A DNA stretch of 64,000 nt from an uncultured Hyphomonas sp. (GCA_964644385.1 CAZXVJ010000006.1:28142-92141), one strand, 5' to 3'. Counted from the stretch's first letter, positions 50,319 to 62,598 are shown. The notes: a model not told the origin generated them from the sequence alone. A program made the numbers and translations.

Positions 50319-50687
50319 CTACTTCTTCTTGCCGGCGATCGGACGGGCCGGGCCCTTGCGGGTGCGCGCATTGGTGTGCGTCCGCTGGCCGCGCACCGGA
50401 AGTTTCCGGCGATGGCGCAGGCCGCGATACGACCCAAGGTCCATCAGGCGTTTGATGTTCATTGACGTGTCACGGCGAAGGTCACCCTCAACCATGTAAT
50501 CCGCATCAATGGTTTCGCGAATTTTGATCACGTCCGCGTCGGCAAGTTCATGCACGCGCAGTTCCGGCGCAATGCCGACTTTTTCGATGATCTCACGGGC
50601 CATGGCAGGGCCAATTCCGTGGATATATGTCAGCGCGATCTGAACGCGCTTATTCGTCGGTATGTTGACGCCTGCAATACGGGCCAA
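50319..50687 (-). CDS. rpsM: 30S ribosomal protein S13. Probable TTG start; the ORF extends upstream to 50765.
   Basis: [25 protein letters not shown] is the canonical S13 N-terminus. It has no in-frame ATG, and TTG precedes ARIAGV. A 122-aa product fits S13 length. Confidence 0.85.
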   Translation of the reverse strand: MARIAGVNIPTNKRVQIALTYIHGIGPAMAREIIEKVGIAPELRVHELADADVIKIRETIDADYMVEGDLRRDTSMNIKRLMDLGSYRGLRHRRKLPVRGQRTHTNARTRKGPARPIAGKKK

Positions 50688-50832
50688 AGCCAGTTCTCCT
50701 AAAGCGAATGTTAAAACATAAAAGACCGTCGACGCCGCGAAAATCACTTCCCAGCATCGGCGCATCTCGCCTGTAACTTAGACACGCGGTTATAGCCGCG
50801 ATACACCCCCAGTCAACAGGGTTTCGTAACCT

Positions 50833-51402
50833 TTATGCCGTCTGGCTTAGCGCCGCGTCAATTGCCGTGGCCACGCCTTCGATTGTGCCCATGCCATCGA
50901 CCTCAATCAGTTTGCCGCGTTCGGCGTAAATCGGGACCAAAGGCGCGGTGTCTTCATAGTATTTTTCGAGCCGTTTGGAGAAGGTTTCGGGGTTATCATC
51001 CTTACGACCCTGCTCCTCATAGCGCTTGGCAATGCGCGAGAGCAATTTGTCATCATCGACCATCATGCGGATCACGCAATCCACCTGCATATCGCGCGAG
51101 GTCAGCAGGCCGTCCAAAGCGTCGGCCTGCCCGACGGTGCGCGGAAAGCCATCAAAGATGAAACCCGCGGCGCCGGAATTGTTGGTCAATTGCTCATCAA
51201 TCAGTGCAATCACGATATCATCTGAAACCAGGCCGCCATCGTCCATAATCTGGGCGACCTTTTGGCCGAGCTCTGATCCTGAGGCCCGCGCGGCGCGGAG
51301 CATGTCACCTGTCGAGAGTTGAATGAAGTTCTTGTGCTCTACGAGGCGTTTGGCTTGCGTGCCTTTGCCCGCCGCTGGCGGTCCAAACAGGATAAGATTC
51401 AT
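50833..51402 (-). CDS. adk: Adenylate kinase (short form without a zinc lid).
   Basis: MNLILFGPPAAGKGTQAKRL P-loop. STGDMLRAA NMP-binding motif. Overlaps the secY stop (ATGA). Confidence 0.95.
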   Translation of the reverse strand: MNLILFGPPAAGKGTQAKRLVEHKNFIQLSTGDMLRAARASGSELGQKVAQIMDDGGLVSDDIVIALIDEQLTNNSGAAGFIFDGFPRTVGQADALDGLLTSRDMQVDCVIRMMVDDDKLLSRIAKRYEEQGRKDDNPETFSKRLEKYYEDTAPLVPIYAERGKLIEVDGMGTIEGVATAIDAALSQTA

Positions 51403-52766
51403 CGTTTGCGGCCCCCGAGCTTAGACTTCTTGACCATGCCCTCATATTGGTGCGCGATCAGGTGCGATTGTATCTGTGTGACCGTATCCATGGTCACCGA
51501 TACAACAATAAGCAGAGAAGTACCGCCGATGTAAAACGGTATTTCAGGATAATAGCGGCGGAGCAGTTCCGGCAGGATACACACAAAGACCAGATATATG
51601 GCGCCAATCGTGGTCAAACGCGTGAGCACATAGTCGATATAGGCGGCCGTATTGGAGCCTGGACGGATGCCCGGAATGAAGCCGCCATATTTGCGCAAAT
51701 TATCTGCAGTCTCCTCAGGATTGAACATGATCGAGGTGTAGAAGAAGGTGAAGAACGCCACGAGCGCAGCATAGGTGAGGATGTAGGTCCATGAGCCCGG
51801 CGAGAAGTTTGCCGCGAGCCAGCCAAGCGGCCCGCCGGCTGTGACTTCAGCGCCCGCCGCTGCATTCCCACCCATAAAGCCAACCGCCGTAAGCGGCAGC
51901 ATCAAAATCGCAATAGCGAAGATGGGCGGAATAACGCCAGATGTGTTGAGCTTCAATGGAAGGAAAGAGCGTTGGCCCTGCGCTGGGCCACCTGCGGCCT
52001 GTTGGCGCTTGGGATATTGAATCAACAATCGGCGCTGAGAGCGTTCGATGAACACAATGAACACCACGAGCGCGATGACCACCGCTGCAATGGCAACGAC
52101 GAACGCCACGTTCACAGATGTGGTGCGCGCTTGCCCAACGAGGTTAAAGATGGCGCGAGGCATTTCAGCGATAATACCGGCGAAGATGATCAGTGAGATG
52201 CCGTTACCGATGCCGCGTGCAGTGATCTGTTCACCCAGCCACATCAGCAACATGGTGCCGGCCGTTAGGGTTACAACGCTTGTGAGCAGGAAGAACCAAG
52301 GCGCAATGCTGTCGATCGCAAAGCTTTGCAGGCCGACTGAGATGCCGAAGGACTGAACAAAGGCAAAGGCCAACGTCAAATAGCGGGTATATTGGTTGAT
52401 TTGCTTTCGGCCTGCTTCGCCCTCTTTTTTCAGCTTTTCAAGCGTCGGTGAGGCCGATGTCATCATCTGGATGATAATGGAGGCGGTAATGTAGGGCATG
52501 ACGTTGAGGGCAAAAATACCCATTCGCTCCACGGCGCCGCCGGAGAACATATTCATGGAGCCAAGAATGCCGCCTGATTGGGATTGGAAGTATTGCGCAT
52601 AAGCGGCTGGGTCTAGGCCGGGCACAGGAATGAATGTCCCCACTCGGTACAAGATTAGAATGCCCAGCGTGAATAGAATCCGGCCTTGCAGATCCTTGGC
52701 TTTCCCAAAACTGGAAAAGTTCACATTTCGAGCCATTTGTTCGGCAGCATTCGCCATGGGCCGCAA
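51399..52766 (-). CDS. secY: Preprotein translocase subunit SecY.
   Basis: AEQMARNVNFSSFGKAKDLQGRILFTLGILILYRVGTFIPVPG SecY N-terminus. 10 TM layout. Start may be Met 4 (MANAAEQ). Confidence 0.95.
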   Translation of the reverse strand: MRPMANAAEQMARNVNFSSFGKAKDLQGRILFTLGILILYRVGTFIPVPGLDPAAYAQYFQSQSGGILGSMNMFSGGAVERMGIFALNVMPYITASIIIQMMTSASPTLEKLKKEGEAGRKQINQYTRYLTLAFAFVQSFGISVGLQSFAIDSIAPWFFLLTSVVTLTAGTMLLMWLGEQITARGIGNGISLIIFAGIIAEMPRAIFNLVGQARTTSVNVAFVVAIAAVVIALVVFIVFIERSQRRLLIQYPKRQQAAGGPAQGQRSFLPLKLNTSGVIPPIFAIAILMLPLTAVGFMGGNAAAGAEVTAGGPLGWLAANFSPGSWTYILTYAALVAFFTFFYTSIMFNPEETADNLRKYGGFIPGIRPGSNTAAYIDYVLTRLTTIGAIYLVFVCILPELLRRYYPEIPFYIGGTSLLIVVSVTMDTVTQIQSHLIAHQYEGMVKKSKLGGRKR

Positions 52767-52847
52767 AGCCTCCCTAAAAATACGTTCGCCGCCAAAATCG
52801 GCGGCGAAACTGTGTTTGTGAAGGGGTGAAAAGAAAAAAGCCCTGAA

Positions 52848-53327
52848 TTACTCAGCAGCTGTGTCTTTTATAGGCCCCGTAATTGTGACCGAACCGCCGG
52901 CTTTTTCTACCGCTTCAATGGCGCCCTTCGAGGCGCCGGTCACTGTAATAGTTGCGTTTTTCGGGGCCTCACCCTTACCCAGCAGACGGACACCATCTTT
53001 CACATGCGTGATCAAACCGGACTCAACAAGGCTGTCTTCGGTGATATTTGTCGGGTCAAGTTTTTTGGCTTCAATCGCTTTTGTGAGTCGGCCAAGGTTG
53101 ATCCAGGCATGAGTCTTCGAATTGCGCGCCGTGAAGCCGCGCTTCGGAAGACGCATATAGATCGGCATTTGACCGCCTTCAAACCCGTTAATCGCGACGC
53201 CGGACCGAGACTTTTGACCTTTGACACCACGGCCACCCGTTTTGCCTTTACCTGAGCCCACACCGCGGCCAACGCGGATGCGGTTCTTAGTAGAGCCTTC
53301 GGAGGGGGACAATTCGTTGAGTTTCAT
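52848..53327 (-). CDS. rplO: 50S ribosomal protein L15.
   Basis: [33 protein letters not shown]15 signature. Confidence 0.95.
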   Translation of the reverse strand: MKLNELSPSEGSTKNRIRVGRGVGSGKGKTGGRGVKGQKSRSGVAINGFEGGQMPIYMRLPKRGFTARNSKTHAWINLGRLTKAIEAKKLDPTNITEDSLVESGLITHVKDGVRLLGKGEAPKNATITVTGASKGAIEAVEKAGGSVTITGPIKDTAAE

Positions 53328-53378
53328 CGCTTTATCTTTCGAGCATGAGATGCGTGAGAGCAGATACGCCGCGAGGCG

Positions 53379-53564
53379 CTAGGATTCAAGCACCTTCACA
53401 AGGTGACCGACCTTTTTGATCATACCGCGCACGGCTGGTGTATCTTCGAGTTCGCGTTCGCGGCCGATCTTATTCAGACCGAGGCCGACAAGCGTCGCCC
53501 GCTGGCTGTGGTGCCGTCGGATGGGGCTGCCTGTCTGGCGAACTTTGAGCATTTTCTTGGCCAT
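53379..53564 (-). CDS. rpmD: 50S ribosomal protein L30.
   Basis: [49 protein letters not shown]30 signature. Confidence 0.9.
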   Translation of the reverse strand: MAKKMLKVRQTGSPIRRHHSQRATLVGLGLNKIGRERELEDTPAVRGMIKKVGHLVKVLES

Positions 53565-53579
53565 CTTCTTAGATCTTCC

Positions 53580-54164
53580 TTAGTTGACGGCGTCAGCCAT
53601 GCCAGCCTCAGACGCACCATCGGTGCGGCGGCCAACAACATCTTGAACTTTCAGGCCGCGCTTAGACGCAACAGACCGTGGGCTGATTTGCTCTTTGAGA
53701 GCATCGAACGTCGCACGGACCATGTTGTAGGGGTTCGATGAGCCGATGGACTTGCCAACAACATCCTGAACACCCAGCACTTCCATAACAGCGCGCATTG
53801 GGCCACCGGCGATCACGCCTGTTCCGGGAGGCGCCGCGCGAAGCACAACTTTACCCGCGCCGTGACGGCCTTTGCCATCATGGTGCAATGTGCGGCCTTC
53901 ACGAAGGGGCACCCGCACAAGATTGCGCTTGGCTTCTTCGGTTGCTTTGCGAATGGCCTCTGGCACTTCGCGGGCTTTACCCTTGCCAAAACCGGCTCGG
54001 CCTTTTTGATCCCCGACAACAACGAGCGCGGCAAAACCGAAATTCTTACCACCCTTCACTGTTTTGGCGACGCGGTTGATTCCAACCAACTTGTCGACCA
54101 GGTCAGACTGTTCGTCATCGCGGTCACGGCGCCGGCCGCGCCCTCTGCCTCTATCTTCAGCCAT
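53580..54164 (-). CDS. rpsE: 30S ribosomal protein S5.
   Basis: [47 protein letters not shown]5 signature. Confidence 0.95.
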   Translation of the reverse strand: MAEDRGRGRGRRRDRDDEQSDLVDKLVGINRVAKTVKGGKNFGFAALVVVGDQKGRAGFGKGKAREVPEAIRKATEEAKRNLVRVPLREGRTLHHDGKGRHGAGKVVLRAAPPGTGVIAGGPMRAVMEVLGVQDVVGKSIGSSNPYNMVRATFDALKEQISPRSVASKRGLKVQDVVGRRTDGASEAGMADAVN

Positions 54165-54174
54165 ATCCGGTCTC

Positions 54175-54537
54175 CTAGAACTTCAGACCGCCCTCACGGG
54201 CGGCATCCGCCAGGGCTTTCACCCGGCCGTGGAACACATAGCCGCCGCGATCAAACACGACGTCCTCAACACCCGCTTTCTTGGCGCGCTCAGCAAGCGC
54301 TTTGCCAACCAATTCAGCCGCTGAAATATCAGCGCCCGTCTTGGCCCCGCCCAGAACGTCTTTTTCAAGCGTCGAGGCGGACACGAGGGTAATGCCCTTA
54401 TCATCATCGATGATTTGGGCAGAAATATTCTTATGGCTGCGGGCCACTGATAGGCGAGGACGCCCTTCGGCAACCTTCCGCAGCTTGGTGCGTACGCGCT
54501 GTGCGCGGCGCTTCATTTTATCGCGTGAACTTTTCAT
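54175..54537 (-). CDS. rplR: 50S ribosomal protein L18. Start set at internal Met 40 (MKSSRDK).
   Basis: [34 protein letters not shown]18 signature. A 120-aa product from Met 40. Longer ORF upstream is probably untranslated. Confidence 0.85.
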   Translation of the reverse strand: MKSSRDKMKRRAQRVRTKLRKVAEGRPRLSVARSHKNISAQIIDDDKGITLVSASTLEKDVLGGAKTGADISAAELVGKALAERAKKAGVEDVVFDRGGYVFHGRVKALADAAREGGLKF

Positions 54538-54541
54538 CGGC

Positions 54542-55153
54542 TTACTTCTTCTTGCCTTCTTTGCGGCGGACATATTCGCCCTGATAGCGGATGCCCTTGC
54601 CTTTATAAGGCTCTGGTTTGCGATACTGGCGAATTTCGGCGGCGACCTGACCAACAGACTGCTTGTCAGCGCCCTCGATTATAACTTCAGTCGGCTTGGA
54701 CGAGGAAATCTTGATGCCGTCTGGCGCTTTGTAAATGACTTCATGTGACAGACCAAGGGACAGTTTAAGGTCATTGCCCTGCATCTGGGCCCGGTAGCCA
54801 ACGCCGTGAAGTTCAAGTGTTTTCGAAAAGCCTTCTGACACACCCTCGACCATGTTGGCGACACGGGCACGTGATGTGCCCCATTGTGTGCGCGCCGAAC
54901 GATCAAGCGCTTCTGCGAACGTAGGCAAACGGCGCCCGCGCTCTTTCTCTTCAGCGATCTTCTTTTCTGCAGCCTGCACCAATTCAGCGCGCGGCAGAAC
55001 AGAGACCTCGTTGTCGTTCAACGACGGCGTGATCAACTCTGAAAGGGTCAATGACATCTCGCCATTTTTACCTTTGGCAGAAATTGTCTGCCCGTCGATT
55101 GTGACAGTTGTGCCTGATGGAACGGGGATCGGGAGTTTACCAATACGTGACAT
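54542..55153 (-). CDS. rplF: 50S ribosomal protein L6.
   Basis: [40 protein letters not shown]6 signature. Confidence 0.95.
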   Translation of the reverse strand: MSRIGKLPIPVPSGTTVTIDGQTISAKGKNGEMSLTLSELITPSLNDNEVSVLPRAELVQAAEKKIAEEKERGRRLPTFAEALDRSARTQWGTSRARVANMVEGVSEGFSKTLELHGVGYRAQMQGNDLKLSLGLSHEVIYKAPDGIKISSSKPTEVIIEGADKQSVGQVAAEIRQYRKPEPYKGKGIRYQGEYVRRKEGKKK

Positions 55154-55162
55154 GATCTTCTC

Positions 55163-55558
55163 CTAGAATACGCGGCAGAGCACTTCGCCGCCGACATTCT
55201 TATCGCGCGCGACAACGTCAGACATCACACCCTGGGACGTAGACAGGATGGAAATGCCAAGACCGTTGCGAACGAGTGGAATATCGTTGACGGATGAATA
55301 CACACGGCGGCCTGGCTTAGAGATGCGCTTGATCTCCTGAATGACAGGCGTGCCTTCGTAATATTTAAGCTCGATTTCAAGATTGTTGTGACCGTCTCTT
55401 TCAACCTGCGTGTAACCGCGAATGTAGCCCTCATTAATGAGAACATCGAGCACGCGGGCGCGCAGCTTGGATGCCGGGCTAACCACTTTGGTCATGCCAC
55501 GCATTTGAGCGTTACGGATACGGGTCAGCATATCGCCGAGGGGATCTGAAAGGTTCAT
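55163..55558 (-). CDS. rpsH: 30S ribosomal protein S8.
   Basis: [37 protein letters not shown]8 signature. Confidence 0.95.
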   Translation of the reverse strand: MNLSDPLGDMLTRIRNAQMRGMTKVVSPASKLRARVLDVLINEGYIRGYTQVERDGHNNLEIELKYYEGTPVIQEIKRISKPGRRVYSSVNDIPLVRNGLGISILSTSQGVMSDVVARDKNVGGEVLCRVF

Positions 55559-55574
55559 CTGTGTTCCTCCTCTC

Positions 55575-55880
55575 TTACCAGCTAGACTTCACGAGGCCGG
55601 GGATCAGGCCATTTGAGCCAAGCTCACGCAGGGCGATCCGCGACATTCTGAGTTTACGATAGTAGCCACGGGGCCGGCCCGTCACTTCGCAGCGATTGCG
55701 AACTCGGTTTGCCGCAGAGTTGCGCGGCATCTCAGCCAGCTTCAAGCGGGCTTTGAAACGCTCTTCCAGCGGCAAATTCTCATCAACAGTCATCGCCTTT
55801 AGACGCGCACGCTTTTCAGCGTAGCGTGCCACCATGCGTTGACGCTTCTTGTTTTTTTCGATTGCGCTCTTCTTAGCCAT
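55575..55880 (-). CDS. rpsN: 30S ribosomal protein S14 (long, non-zinc form).
   Basis: [28 protein letters not shown]...[29 protein letters not shown]14 signature. Confidence 0.95.
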   Translation of the reverse strand: MAKKSAIEKNKKRQRMVARYAEKRARLKAMTVDENLPLEERFKARLKLAEMPRNSAANRVRNRCEVTGRPRGYYRKLRMSRIALRELGSNGLIPGLVKSSW

Positions 55881-55900
55881 TTAGCTTGCGTCTCCCAGCG

Positions 55901-56455
55901 CTAATTGCGGAACGGGAAGCCACACTCGACAAGGAGTGCTTTGGCTTCTTCGTTGGTTTGAGCTGTGGTGCAGACAACAATGTCCATTCCGCGAATGTCT
56001 TCAACGTCATCATAATTGATTTCGGGGAAAACGATGTGTTCTTTGAGGCCCATGGCGTAGTTGCCCATGCCATCAAAACTCTTGCCGTTCAGACCGCGGA
56101 AATCCTTCACACGCGGCAGAGCAATGTTGGTCAAACGATCCAAAAATTCAAACATACGGTCACGGCGGAGCGTAACTTTCGTTCCGATCAACATACCCTC
56201 GCGCAACTTAAAGCCCGCGATCGACTTACGAGCCTTCGTGGCGACAGGCTTTTGACCGGCAATCAGTTCAAGTTCAGCAATCGCCGATTTGATCTTCTTT
56301 GAGTCATTGACCGCTTCGCCAACGCCCATATTGATCACGACTTTATCAAGTTTCGGGATCCGCATTGGGTTGGTGTAGCTGAACTGTTCCTGCAGCTTTG
56401 CACGAATTTCAGCGTTATATCTTGTCTTGAGACGGGGTTCGTATGCCTTAGACAT
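55901..56455 (-). CDS. rplE: 50S ribosomal protein L5. Start at internal Met 70 ([10 protein letters not shown]).
   Basis: [43 protein letters not shown]5 signature. A 184-aa product. ATG overlaps the rplX end by 8 nt. Confidence 0.9.
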   Translation of the reverse strand: MSKAYEPRLKTRYNAEIRAKLQEQFSYTNPMRIPKLDKVVINMGVGEAVNDSKKIKSAIAELELIAGQKPVATKARKSIAGFKLREGMLIGTKVTLRRDRMFEFLDRLTNIALPRVKDFRGLNGKSFDGMGNYAMGLKEHIVFPEINYDDVEDIRGMDIVVCTTAQTNEEAKALLVECGFPFRN

Positions 56456-56765
56456 CGATGGCCTCCCCTGAACGTTTGGCAAAGCGCGTTTTGCGACCAT
56501 GCTCATCTGTTTTGAATCCGACGCGGACGGCTTTGCCATCGCGCGGGTCGACATGCGCCACATTGGACACGTGGATCGGCGCTTCAAAATTCTTGATGCC
56601 GCCCGGGTCCATCTGGCTTGGTTTCTGGTGGCGTTTGACGACATTGACGCCGCGCACAACAACGCGCGACTCGTCGACGAGAACCTTAAGCACTTCTCCG
56701 GTCGCGCCCTTATTACGCCCCGTCAGAATGATGACATTGTCACCTTTTTTGATCTTCGCAGCCAT
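56448..56765 (-). CDS. rplX: 50S ribosomal protein L24.
   Basis: [28 protein letters not shown] (KOW motif) L24 signature. Confidence 0.95.
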   Translation of the reverse strand: MAAKIKKGDNVIILTGRNKGATGEVLKVLVDESRVVVRGVNVVKRHQKPSQMDPGGIKNFEAPIHVSNVAHVDPRDGKAVRVGFKTDEHGRKTRFAKRSGEAIDV

Positions 56766-56767
56766 GA

Positions 56768-57136
56768 CTACACCACCTCCGGTGCCATGTTGGCGATCTT
56801 GACCTGGTTCTTACCGCGCAATTCGCGGGGGACCGGGCCAAAGACGCGGGTTCCAATCGGCTCACCATTATTATTGATGAGCACAGCGGCGTTTGAATCA
56901 AAGCGGATCGTCGAACCGTCAACACGGTTGATGTCCTTGCGAACGCGAACCACGACAGCGCGGCGCACATCGCCTTTTTTAACACGTCCGGTTGGGATCG
57001 CTTCCTTGATCGAAACAACGATCACATCACCCACAGAGGCGTATCTACGCCCTGCACCGCCCAGCACCTTAATACACTGGACTCGGCGCGCGCCGGAATT
57101 ATCGGCGACCCGCAGGTTGGATTGCATCTGGATCAT
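56768..57136 (-). CDS. rplN: 50S ribosomal protein L14.
   Basis: [28 protein letters not shown]14 signature. Confidence 0.95.
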   Translation of the reverse strand: MIQMQSNLRVADNSGARRVQCIKVLGGAGRRYASVGDVIVVSIKEAIPTGRVKKGDVRRAVVVRVRKDINRVDGSTIRFDSNAAVLINNNGEPIGTRVFGPVPRELRGKNQVKIANMAPEVV

Positions 57137-57378
57137 GCGTCACCTTCCTTGTTGAGAACGAGTTCCCAACGCTTCAATTTGGAATGCGGGACGCACTCCT
57201 GAATGGTAACAATCGAGCCTTCGACAGCGGCATTGCCTTCGTCATGGGCGTGATACTTTTTCGTGCGGCGAACAATTTTCTTCATCACAGGATGTGTGAA
57301 GGTTCGTTCGACGCGAACAATTGCGGTTTTGTTCTGTTTAGAAGACACAACCACACCTTCCATTACGCGCTTTGGCAT
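57133..57378 (-). CDS. rpsQ: 30S ribosomal protein S17.
   Basis: [48 protein letters not shown]17 signature. Confidence 0.95.
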   Translation of the reverse strand: MPKRVMEGVVVSSKQNKTAIVRVERTFTHPVMKKIVRRTKKYHAHDEGNAAVEGSIVTIQECVPHSKLKRWELVLNKEGDA

Positions 57379-57388
57379 ATCGTCTCTC

Positions 57389-57604
57389 CTAACCCTGACC
57401 GGCTTGGGCTTTTTCGCGCTGGATCGTCAGAACGCGAGCGATGTCGCGCCGAACTTCCGTTGCTCGAGCCGTTTTTTCCAGTTGGCCTGTGGCCGCCTGA
57501 AAACGCAGGTTAAACTGTTCCTTCTTGAGCTTGCCGAGTTCGTCCTTGAGTTGGTCGGCTGACATGCCCTTAATCTCTTCGCGGCGTTTCGTTTGTTTAG
57601 CCAT
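57389..57604 (-). CDS. rpmC: 50S ribosomal protein L29.
   Basis: [34 protein letters not shown]29 signature. Confidence 0.9.
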   Translation of the reverse strand: MAKQTKRREEIKGMSADQLKDELGKLKKEQFNLRFQAATGQLEKTARATEVRRDIARVLTIQREKAQAGQG

Positions 57605-57606
57605 GA

Positions 57607-58023
57607 CTAAATCCCCTCAATCCGCTTAACGACTTTTGTCTTGATCGGCAGCTTGGCCGCGCCGAGCGCGAGCGCCTCACGAGCAACCTCTTCCGGGACA
57701 CCGTCGATCTCAAACAGGATACGGCCTGGCGCAACGCGCGCAACCCAGCGGTCGACGCCGCCCTTACCCTTACCCATCCGAACTTCAATCGGCTTGGCTG
57801 TGACAGGCAGATCAGGGAAAATGCGAATCCACACTTTGCCTTGACGCTTCATGTGGCGCGTGACGGCGCGACGTGTGGCCTCAATCTGGCGCGCTGTGAC
57901 GCGCTCCGGCTCAAGAGCCTTCAAGCCGAACTCGCCAAAAGCCAAAGACGCGCCGCCTTTAGACGTGCCTTTGATGCGGCCTTTGAAAGCTTTACGATAT
58001 TTGGTGCGCTTGGGCTGACGCAT
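57607..58023 (-). CDS. rplP: 50S ribosomal protein L16.
   Basis: [36 protein letters not shown]16 signature. Confidence 0.95.
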   Translation of the reverse strand: MRQPKRTKYRKAFKGRIKGTSKGGASLAFGEFGLKALEPERVTARQIEATRRAVTRHMKRQGKVWIRIFPDLPVTAKPIEVRMGKGKGGVDRWVARVAPGRILFEIDGVPEEVAREALALGAAKLPIKTKVVKRIEGI

Positions 58024-58026
58024 TGT

Positions 58027-58764
58027 TTACGCTCCCGTCGCTTGCGTTCCGGAGGCCGGTCCGCGTTGGTTTGCATTTGCACGAGCACGAGACTGACCGG
58101 AAGATTCCAGCTTGCGGTCCTGAGCCATGGGATCGTGCTCCATAATCTCACCCTTATAGATCCAGACTTTGATGCCGATGATCCCATAAGTAGTCTTGGC
58201 TTCCGCCGTGCCGTAGTCGATGTCAGCGCGCAGGGTGTGCAGCGGCACGGAGCCCTCAGCATACTGTTCTGTGCGCGCAATCTCTGCGCCGCCCAAACGA
58301 CCCGCAACCATAATGCGGATGCCGTCAGCGCCGAGGCGCATGGCAGACTGAATGGAGCGCTTCATTGTGCGACGGAACGAGGCCCGGCGCTCAAGCTGGC
58401 GCGCAATGTCTTCGGCCACAAGATTAGCGTCAATCTCCGGCTTACGGATCTCGACCAAGTTCACGCGAACTTCGTCATCGGTCATCTTCGACAGGTGCTT
58501 GCGCAGCGCCTCAATATCCGCGCCCTTCTTACCAATCACAAGCCCTGGACGAGCGGTGTGGATGGTGATCAGGCACTTTTTGTGTGGGCGCTCAATAACG
58601 ATTTTTGAGATACCCGCTTGCTTGAGGCGATTGTTGACCTCTTTGCGAATGGCAATGTCTTCATGAAGAAGACGACCAAAGTCGGCACTATCAGCATACC
58701 AGCGGCTATCTGCCGTCCGGTTGATGCCGAGGCGCAACCCAATTGGATTTACTTTCTGACCCAT
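58027..58764 (-). CDS. rpsC: 30S ribosomal protein S3.
   Basis: [25 protein letters not shown]3 signature (KH domain). Ala/Gln-rich C-terminal tail. Confidence 0.95.
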   Translation of the reverse strand: MGQKVNPIGLRLGINRTADSRWYADSADFGRLLHEDIAIRKEVNNRLKQAGISKIVIERPHKKCLITIHTARPGLVIGKKGADIEALRKHLSKMTDDEVRVNLVEIRKPEIDANLVAEDIARQLERRASFRRTMKRSIQSAMRLGADGIRIMVAGRLGGAEIARTEQYAEGSVPLHTLRADIDYGTAEAKTTYGIIGIKVWIYKGEIMEHDPMAQDRKLESSGQSRARANANQRGPASGTQATGA

Positions 58765-59153
58765 CAGGCGGCCTCCGCTTCCATTGATGTATCGCGCAGG
58801 ACGATCGTAACCTGTGCAAATGGCTTTTGAATTCGCGCGGCGCGGCCACGGGCACGGGCCCGAATACGCTTCATCACGAGGTTCTTGCCGACATGAGCCT
58901 CTGAAACGACAAGTGAGTCGATGTCGAGGCCGTGATTGTTTTCCGCATTCGCAATCGCGCTTTGCAGCAATTTGCGAATGTCTTCTGCAGGCCGTTTACG
59001 CGAAAACTGCAGCTCAGCCAGCGCGCGCTCTACGGACAGACCGCGAATCGACTGCGCCAAAAGGTTCAGCTTTTGCGGGCTGGAACGATACATGCGCAAG
59101 ACCGCGCGAGACTCGTTTGAGGCCTGCTTAGGAGGGTTTTTCTTCTTTCCCAT
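58764..59153 (-). CDS. rplV: 50S ribosomal protein L22.
   Basis: [50 protein letters not shown]22 signature. Confidence 0.95.
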   Translation of the reverse strand: MGKKKNPPKQASNESRAVLRMYRSSPQKLNLLAQSIRGLSVERALAELQFSRKRPAEDIRKLLQSAIANAENNHGLDIDSLVVSEAHVGKNLVMKRIRARARGRAARIQKPFAQVTIVLRDTSMEAEAA

Positions 59154-59155
59154 GA

Positions 59156-59434
59156 CTACTTTCTCCGCGCCTTCTTATCCGCGCCGTGACCGTAATAGCT
59201 ACGGGTAGGAGCGAACTCGCCGAATTTGTGGCCGACCATCTCCTCAGAGACAGACACCGGGATGAACTTATTGCCATTATGGACCTGAAAATTCAGGCCA
59301 ACAAATTGCGGCATGATTGTCGAGCGGCGCGACCAGGTCTTGATGACCACACGCTTTTCGGCGTTACGCGCCTCTTCAGCTTTCTTCAAGAGATAGCCGT
59401 CAACAAACGGACCTTTCCAGACAGAACGGGGCAT
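59156..59434 (-). CDS. rpsS: 30S ribosomal protein S19.
   Basis: [22 protein letters not shown]...[17 protein letters not shown]19 signature. Confidence 0.95.
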   Translation of the reverse strand: MPRSVWKGPFVDGYLLKKAEEARNAEKRVVIKTWSRRSTIMPQFVGLNFQVHNGNKFIPVSVSEEMVGHKFGEFAPTRSYYGHGADKKARRK

Positions 59435-59448
59435 GATCCAGGCTCCTC

Positions 59449-60279
59449 TTAGCGTTTTGCGTTGCGTCGACGGATGATCAAGCGATCTGTCGACTTGTTT
59501 TTACGAGTTTTTGGCCCGCGTGTTTTCTTACCCCATGGCGTCACAGGATGACGCCCACCGGATGACTTACCTTCACCACCGCCGTGTGGGTGGTCGAACG
59601 GGTTCATAACCACGCCGCGAACAGACGGGCGCTTGCCCATGTGACGCTTGCGGCCGGCTTTCGACAGAACCTTGTTCATATTGTCTGGGTTTGAAACCGC
59701 GCCGACGGTCGCCAGGCAGCTGTCCATCACCATGCGAAGCTCGCCAGACGTCAATTTAATCTGAGCGTATCCACCATCGCGGCCAACCAGTTGAGCGTAA
59801 GTGCCTGCCGCGCGGATCATTTGACCGCCCTTTTGAGGCTTCAACTCTATATTGTGAATGATCGTACCGACTGGAATATTTTTCAGGGGCAGGACGTTGC
59901 CCGGCTTAATGTCAGCCGTCTTGGATGTGACAACCTTATCGCCCACCTGAAGCCGCTGCGGCGCGATAATGTAAGACAGCAAACCGTCTTCATATTTGAT
60001 CAGCGCAATAAAGGCTGTGCGGTTTGGATCATATTCCATCCGCTCCACCGTCGCCGGCATGTCCCATCGGTTACGCTTAAAGTCCACCTTGCGGTAAAGG
60101 CGCTTTGCGCCACCGCCAATCCGGCGCGCCGTAATGCGCCCGCGATTGTTGCGGCCACCCTTTTTGGTCAAACCCTCTGTCAGCGCCTTAACCGGCTTGC
60201 CCTTATGCAGGTGCGAGCGGTCCACCAGAACAAGCTGGCGGCGACCGGGAGAGGTTGGGTTGAATGTCTTAAGTGCCAT
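59449..60279 (-). CDS. rplB: 50S ribosomal protein L2.
   Basis: [17 protein letters not shown]...[20 protein letters not shown]2 signature. Confidence 0.95.
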   Translation of the reverse strand: MALKTFNPTSPGRRQLVLVDRSHLHKGKPVKALTEGLTKKGGRNNRGRITARRIGGGAKRLYRKVDFKRNRWDMPATVERMEYDPNRTAFIALIKYEDGLLSYIIAPQRLQVGDKVVTSKTADIKPGNVLPLKNIPVGTIIHNIELKPQKGGQMIRAAGTYAQLVGRDGGYAQIKLTSGELRMVMDSCLATVGAVSNPDNMNKVLSKAGRKRHMGKRPSVRGVVMNPFDHPHGGGEGKSSGGRHPVTPWGKKTRGPKTRKNKSTDRLIIRRRNAKR

Positions 60280-60296
60280 TTGTTTCGTCCTTTCCC

Positions 60297-60596
60297 TTAG
60301 AGGCCCGTCGAAATATCGACCGACTGACCTTCTGCGAGCGTCACAATGGCCTTCTTAACGTCGCTGCGACGGCCGAGGTGGCCGCGAAAACGTTTCGTTT
60401 TGCCTTTTTGGAGCAGCGTGTTGACCTTCGTAACGTCGACCTTGAAGAGCGACTCGACAGCCTCTTTGATCATTGGCTTTGTGGCATCCATGGACACCTC
60501 AAAGATAACCTTGTTTTCTTCGGCCACGAGGGTCGACTTTTCTGTAATGATTGGGCGACGAATGACGTCGTAGTGATGGGTTTTTGGATCGGCCAT
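60297..60596 (-). CDS. rplW: 50S ribosomal protein L23.
   Basis: [45 protein letters not shown]23 signature. Confidence 0.95.
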   Translation of the reverse strand: MADPKTHHYDVIRRPIITEKSTLVAEENKVIFEVSMDATKPMIKEAVESLFKVDVTKVNTLLQKGKTKRFRGHLGRRSDVKKAIVTLAEGQSVDISTGL

Positions 60597-60598
60597 GA

Positions 60599-61531
60599 TT
60601 ATTTAGCCCCCTTTGCGCGCTTCGCCAGCAAACGCGCGGCATACTCTTTATCGACCTTGGCGCGCGGAGCGCCGCCAGCGATCATCTCTTTGCACTGACC
60701 GAGCCAGTCTTCACGGGCAGCCTTATCAGCGCGACCTACTTTTTCGAGAACAGAAGAACGGTCGGCATCTGAAAGGGCCACATAGCCCGTCAATGTTCCC
60801 GCACCGACCGCGCGAAGCTCTTTCGCGACCTTTGGACCAATGCCGTCTACCAGCTGAATATCATCTACGAAATTGTCTTTCGAGAACGGCGAAGCAGTGG
60901 TCAGCGTGCCATCGAAACGCGCCTTAATGCCCTCAGCGGCCTCCTTTGTGAGAACCAGCTGCTTACGGCGCAGGACGTCATAGACGTTGAGACCAATCAC
61001 GGGCAAAACATCAACGTTCGGAATGTTGCTGGCAGCCTTCGCCAAATTCTCGTCCACCGAAATACCAGAGATGAACAAAGCATTCTCAATACCAAGCGCC
61101 TTAAACTGAGCGGCCAACTCCTTCGTTTTCGGAGTCGCAAGCGCAGCCTCCTCAAGGACGATCACCGCGTCACTCTTCACCTTTGAAGAAATCGCGTGAG
61201 CAAGCGCCATCTTACGGATTTTTTTCGGAAGCGAATGCGCATGGCTACGAACACGAGGCCCGTGCGCGACAGCGCCGCCAACAAAGATAGGCGCATTCCG
61301 CGAGCCGTGACGCGCGCCGCCTGAACCTTTTTGACGAATAAACTTTTTGGTCGTGACCGACACCTCTGAACGCGACTGCGTTTTATGTGTGCCGGCCTGA
61401 CGCTTGGCCAATTGCCAGCGAACCGTACGGTGCAAAATATCGGCGCGAATGTCCTGGACACCAAATATCGCCTCATCAACGGCGATCTTTCCAGCGGCTT
61501 TACCCGCGAGAGTTTTGACTGCGAGTTCCAT
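60599..61531 (-). CDS. rplD: 50S ribosomal protein L4 with a ~100-aa C-terminal HhH-like extension.
   Basis: [39 protein letters not shown]4 core (~206 aa). Then the extra C-terminal domain ...[44 protein letters not shown]...EDWLGQ... Confidence 0.9.
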   Translation of the reverse strand: MELAVKTLAGKAAGKIAVDEAIFGVQDIRADILHRTVRWQLAKRQAGTHKTQSRSEVSVTTKKFIRQKGSGGARHGSRNAPIFVGGAVAHGPRVRSHAHSLPKKIRKMALAHAISSKVKSDAVIVLEEAALATPKTKELAAQFKALGIENALFISGISVDENLAKAASNIPNVDVLPVIGLNVYDVLRRKQLVLTKEAAEGIKARFDGTLTTASPFSKDNFVDDIQLVDGIGPKVAKELRAVGAGTLTGYVALSDADRSSVLEKVGRADKAAREDWLGQCKEMIAGGAPRAKVDKEYAARLLAKRAKGAK

Positions 61532-62598
61532 TATTCACCGCCCTCATTCAGCAGTTTCTTGAGCAGATCTTTGTCGACTTGAGCCTTCGGTTCTCCGCCT
61601 GCCAAAATATCTTTGGCCTGCCCGACCCAATCCTCAGACGCAGCCTTGTCTGTGACACCCAATTCCTCAAGCGCCGCAGCGCGGTCAGCATCGGAAGCCG
61701 AAACAAATGCCGACAAAGAGCCAAGCCCCTTTTCTTCAAGCCCCTCCTGAGCTTTCGGCCCAACACCATCAACAAGCTGGATAAGGTCAGCCGCACTGCC
61801 CTCAATCTTTGGCGCGTCAGATGCAGTAGGTGCGTCGGCTTTCGATTCAGATTTTGGGGCGGCCTTCTCAGGCGCCTTGAAGCTGCCTGCCTCTGGCGCG
61901 TCCGCATGGATCGTCTTTTTAACGGCGTCACGGACTTCGACGTAGCTGCCTTCATGTCCGGGTATGGCGCCCTTCACCAAAATGAGGCCGCGCTCAACAT
62001 CCGTTCGGACGATTTCAAGATTCTGGGTGGTGTCTCTTTTGGCGCCGTAGTGGCCGGCCATTTTTTTGCCTTTGAAGACCTTGCCTGGGTCCTGGCACTG
62101 GCCTGTTGAGCCGTGCGAGCGGTGGGAGATCGAGACGCCGTGGGTGGCGCGAAGACCCCCGAAATTCCAGCGCTTCATGGCCCCGGCAAAACCCTTACCG
62201 ATGGTCACGGCGGACACGTCTACCTTTTGACCCGGCACAAAGTGATCGGCCTGAACCGTCGCGCCAATTTCCGGCAATTCGCCAGAGACGCGGAATTCTT
62301 TCAACTTACGCTTCGGCTCAACGCCAGCCTTGGCAAATTGGCCGCGCATCGGCTTCGGCGTGCGCTTGGCCTTTTTGTTGCCAGCCCCAAGGATAACAGC
62401 AGTGTAGCCATCAGAGCGCGTAACTTCGCCGCCCTTCTTGGTTTTGACTTTACGCTCTTCCATGGTGCGCAGGCCAACGACCTGGCAATCATCAAGCGAC
62501 AGGACGGTGACGGGCACATGGCGCCCTTCATCGTCAAATATGCGCGTCATGCCCAGCTTACGGGTCAGCACGCCAGAACGGGGAGCTGGAAGCGCCAT
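61531..62598 (-). CDS. rplC: 50S ribosomal protein L3 with a ~130-aa C-terminal extension (Ala/Pro/Lys-rich linker plus HhH-like module).
   Basis: [17 protein letters not shown]...[24 protein letters not shown]3 core. Then ...[45 protein letters not shown]...EDWVGQAKD... Confidence 0.9.
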   Translation of the reverse strand: MALPAPRSGVLTRKLGMTRIFDDEGRHVPVTVLSLDDCQVVGLRTMEERKVKTKKGGEVTRSDGYTAVILGAGNKKAKRTPKPMRGQFAKAGVEPKRKLKEFRVSGELPEIGATVQADHFVPGQKVDVSAVTIGKGFAGAMKRWNFGGLRATHGVSISHRSHGSTGQCQDPGKVFKGKKMAGHYGAKRDTTQNLEIVRTDVERGLILVKGAIPGHEGSYVEVRDAVKKTIHADAPEAGSFKAPEKAAPKSESKADAPTASDAPKIEGSAADLIQLVDGVGPKAQEGLEEKGLGSLSAFVSASDADRAAALEELGVTDKAASEDWVGQAKDILAGGEPKAQVDKDLLKKLLNEGGE

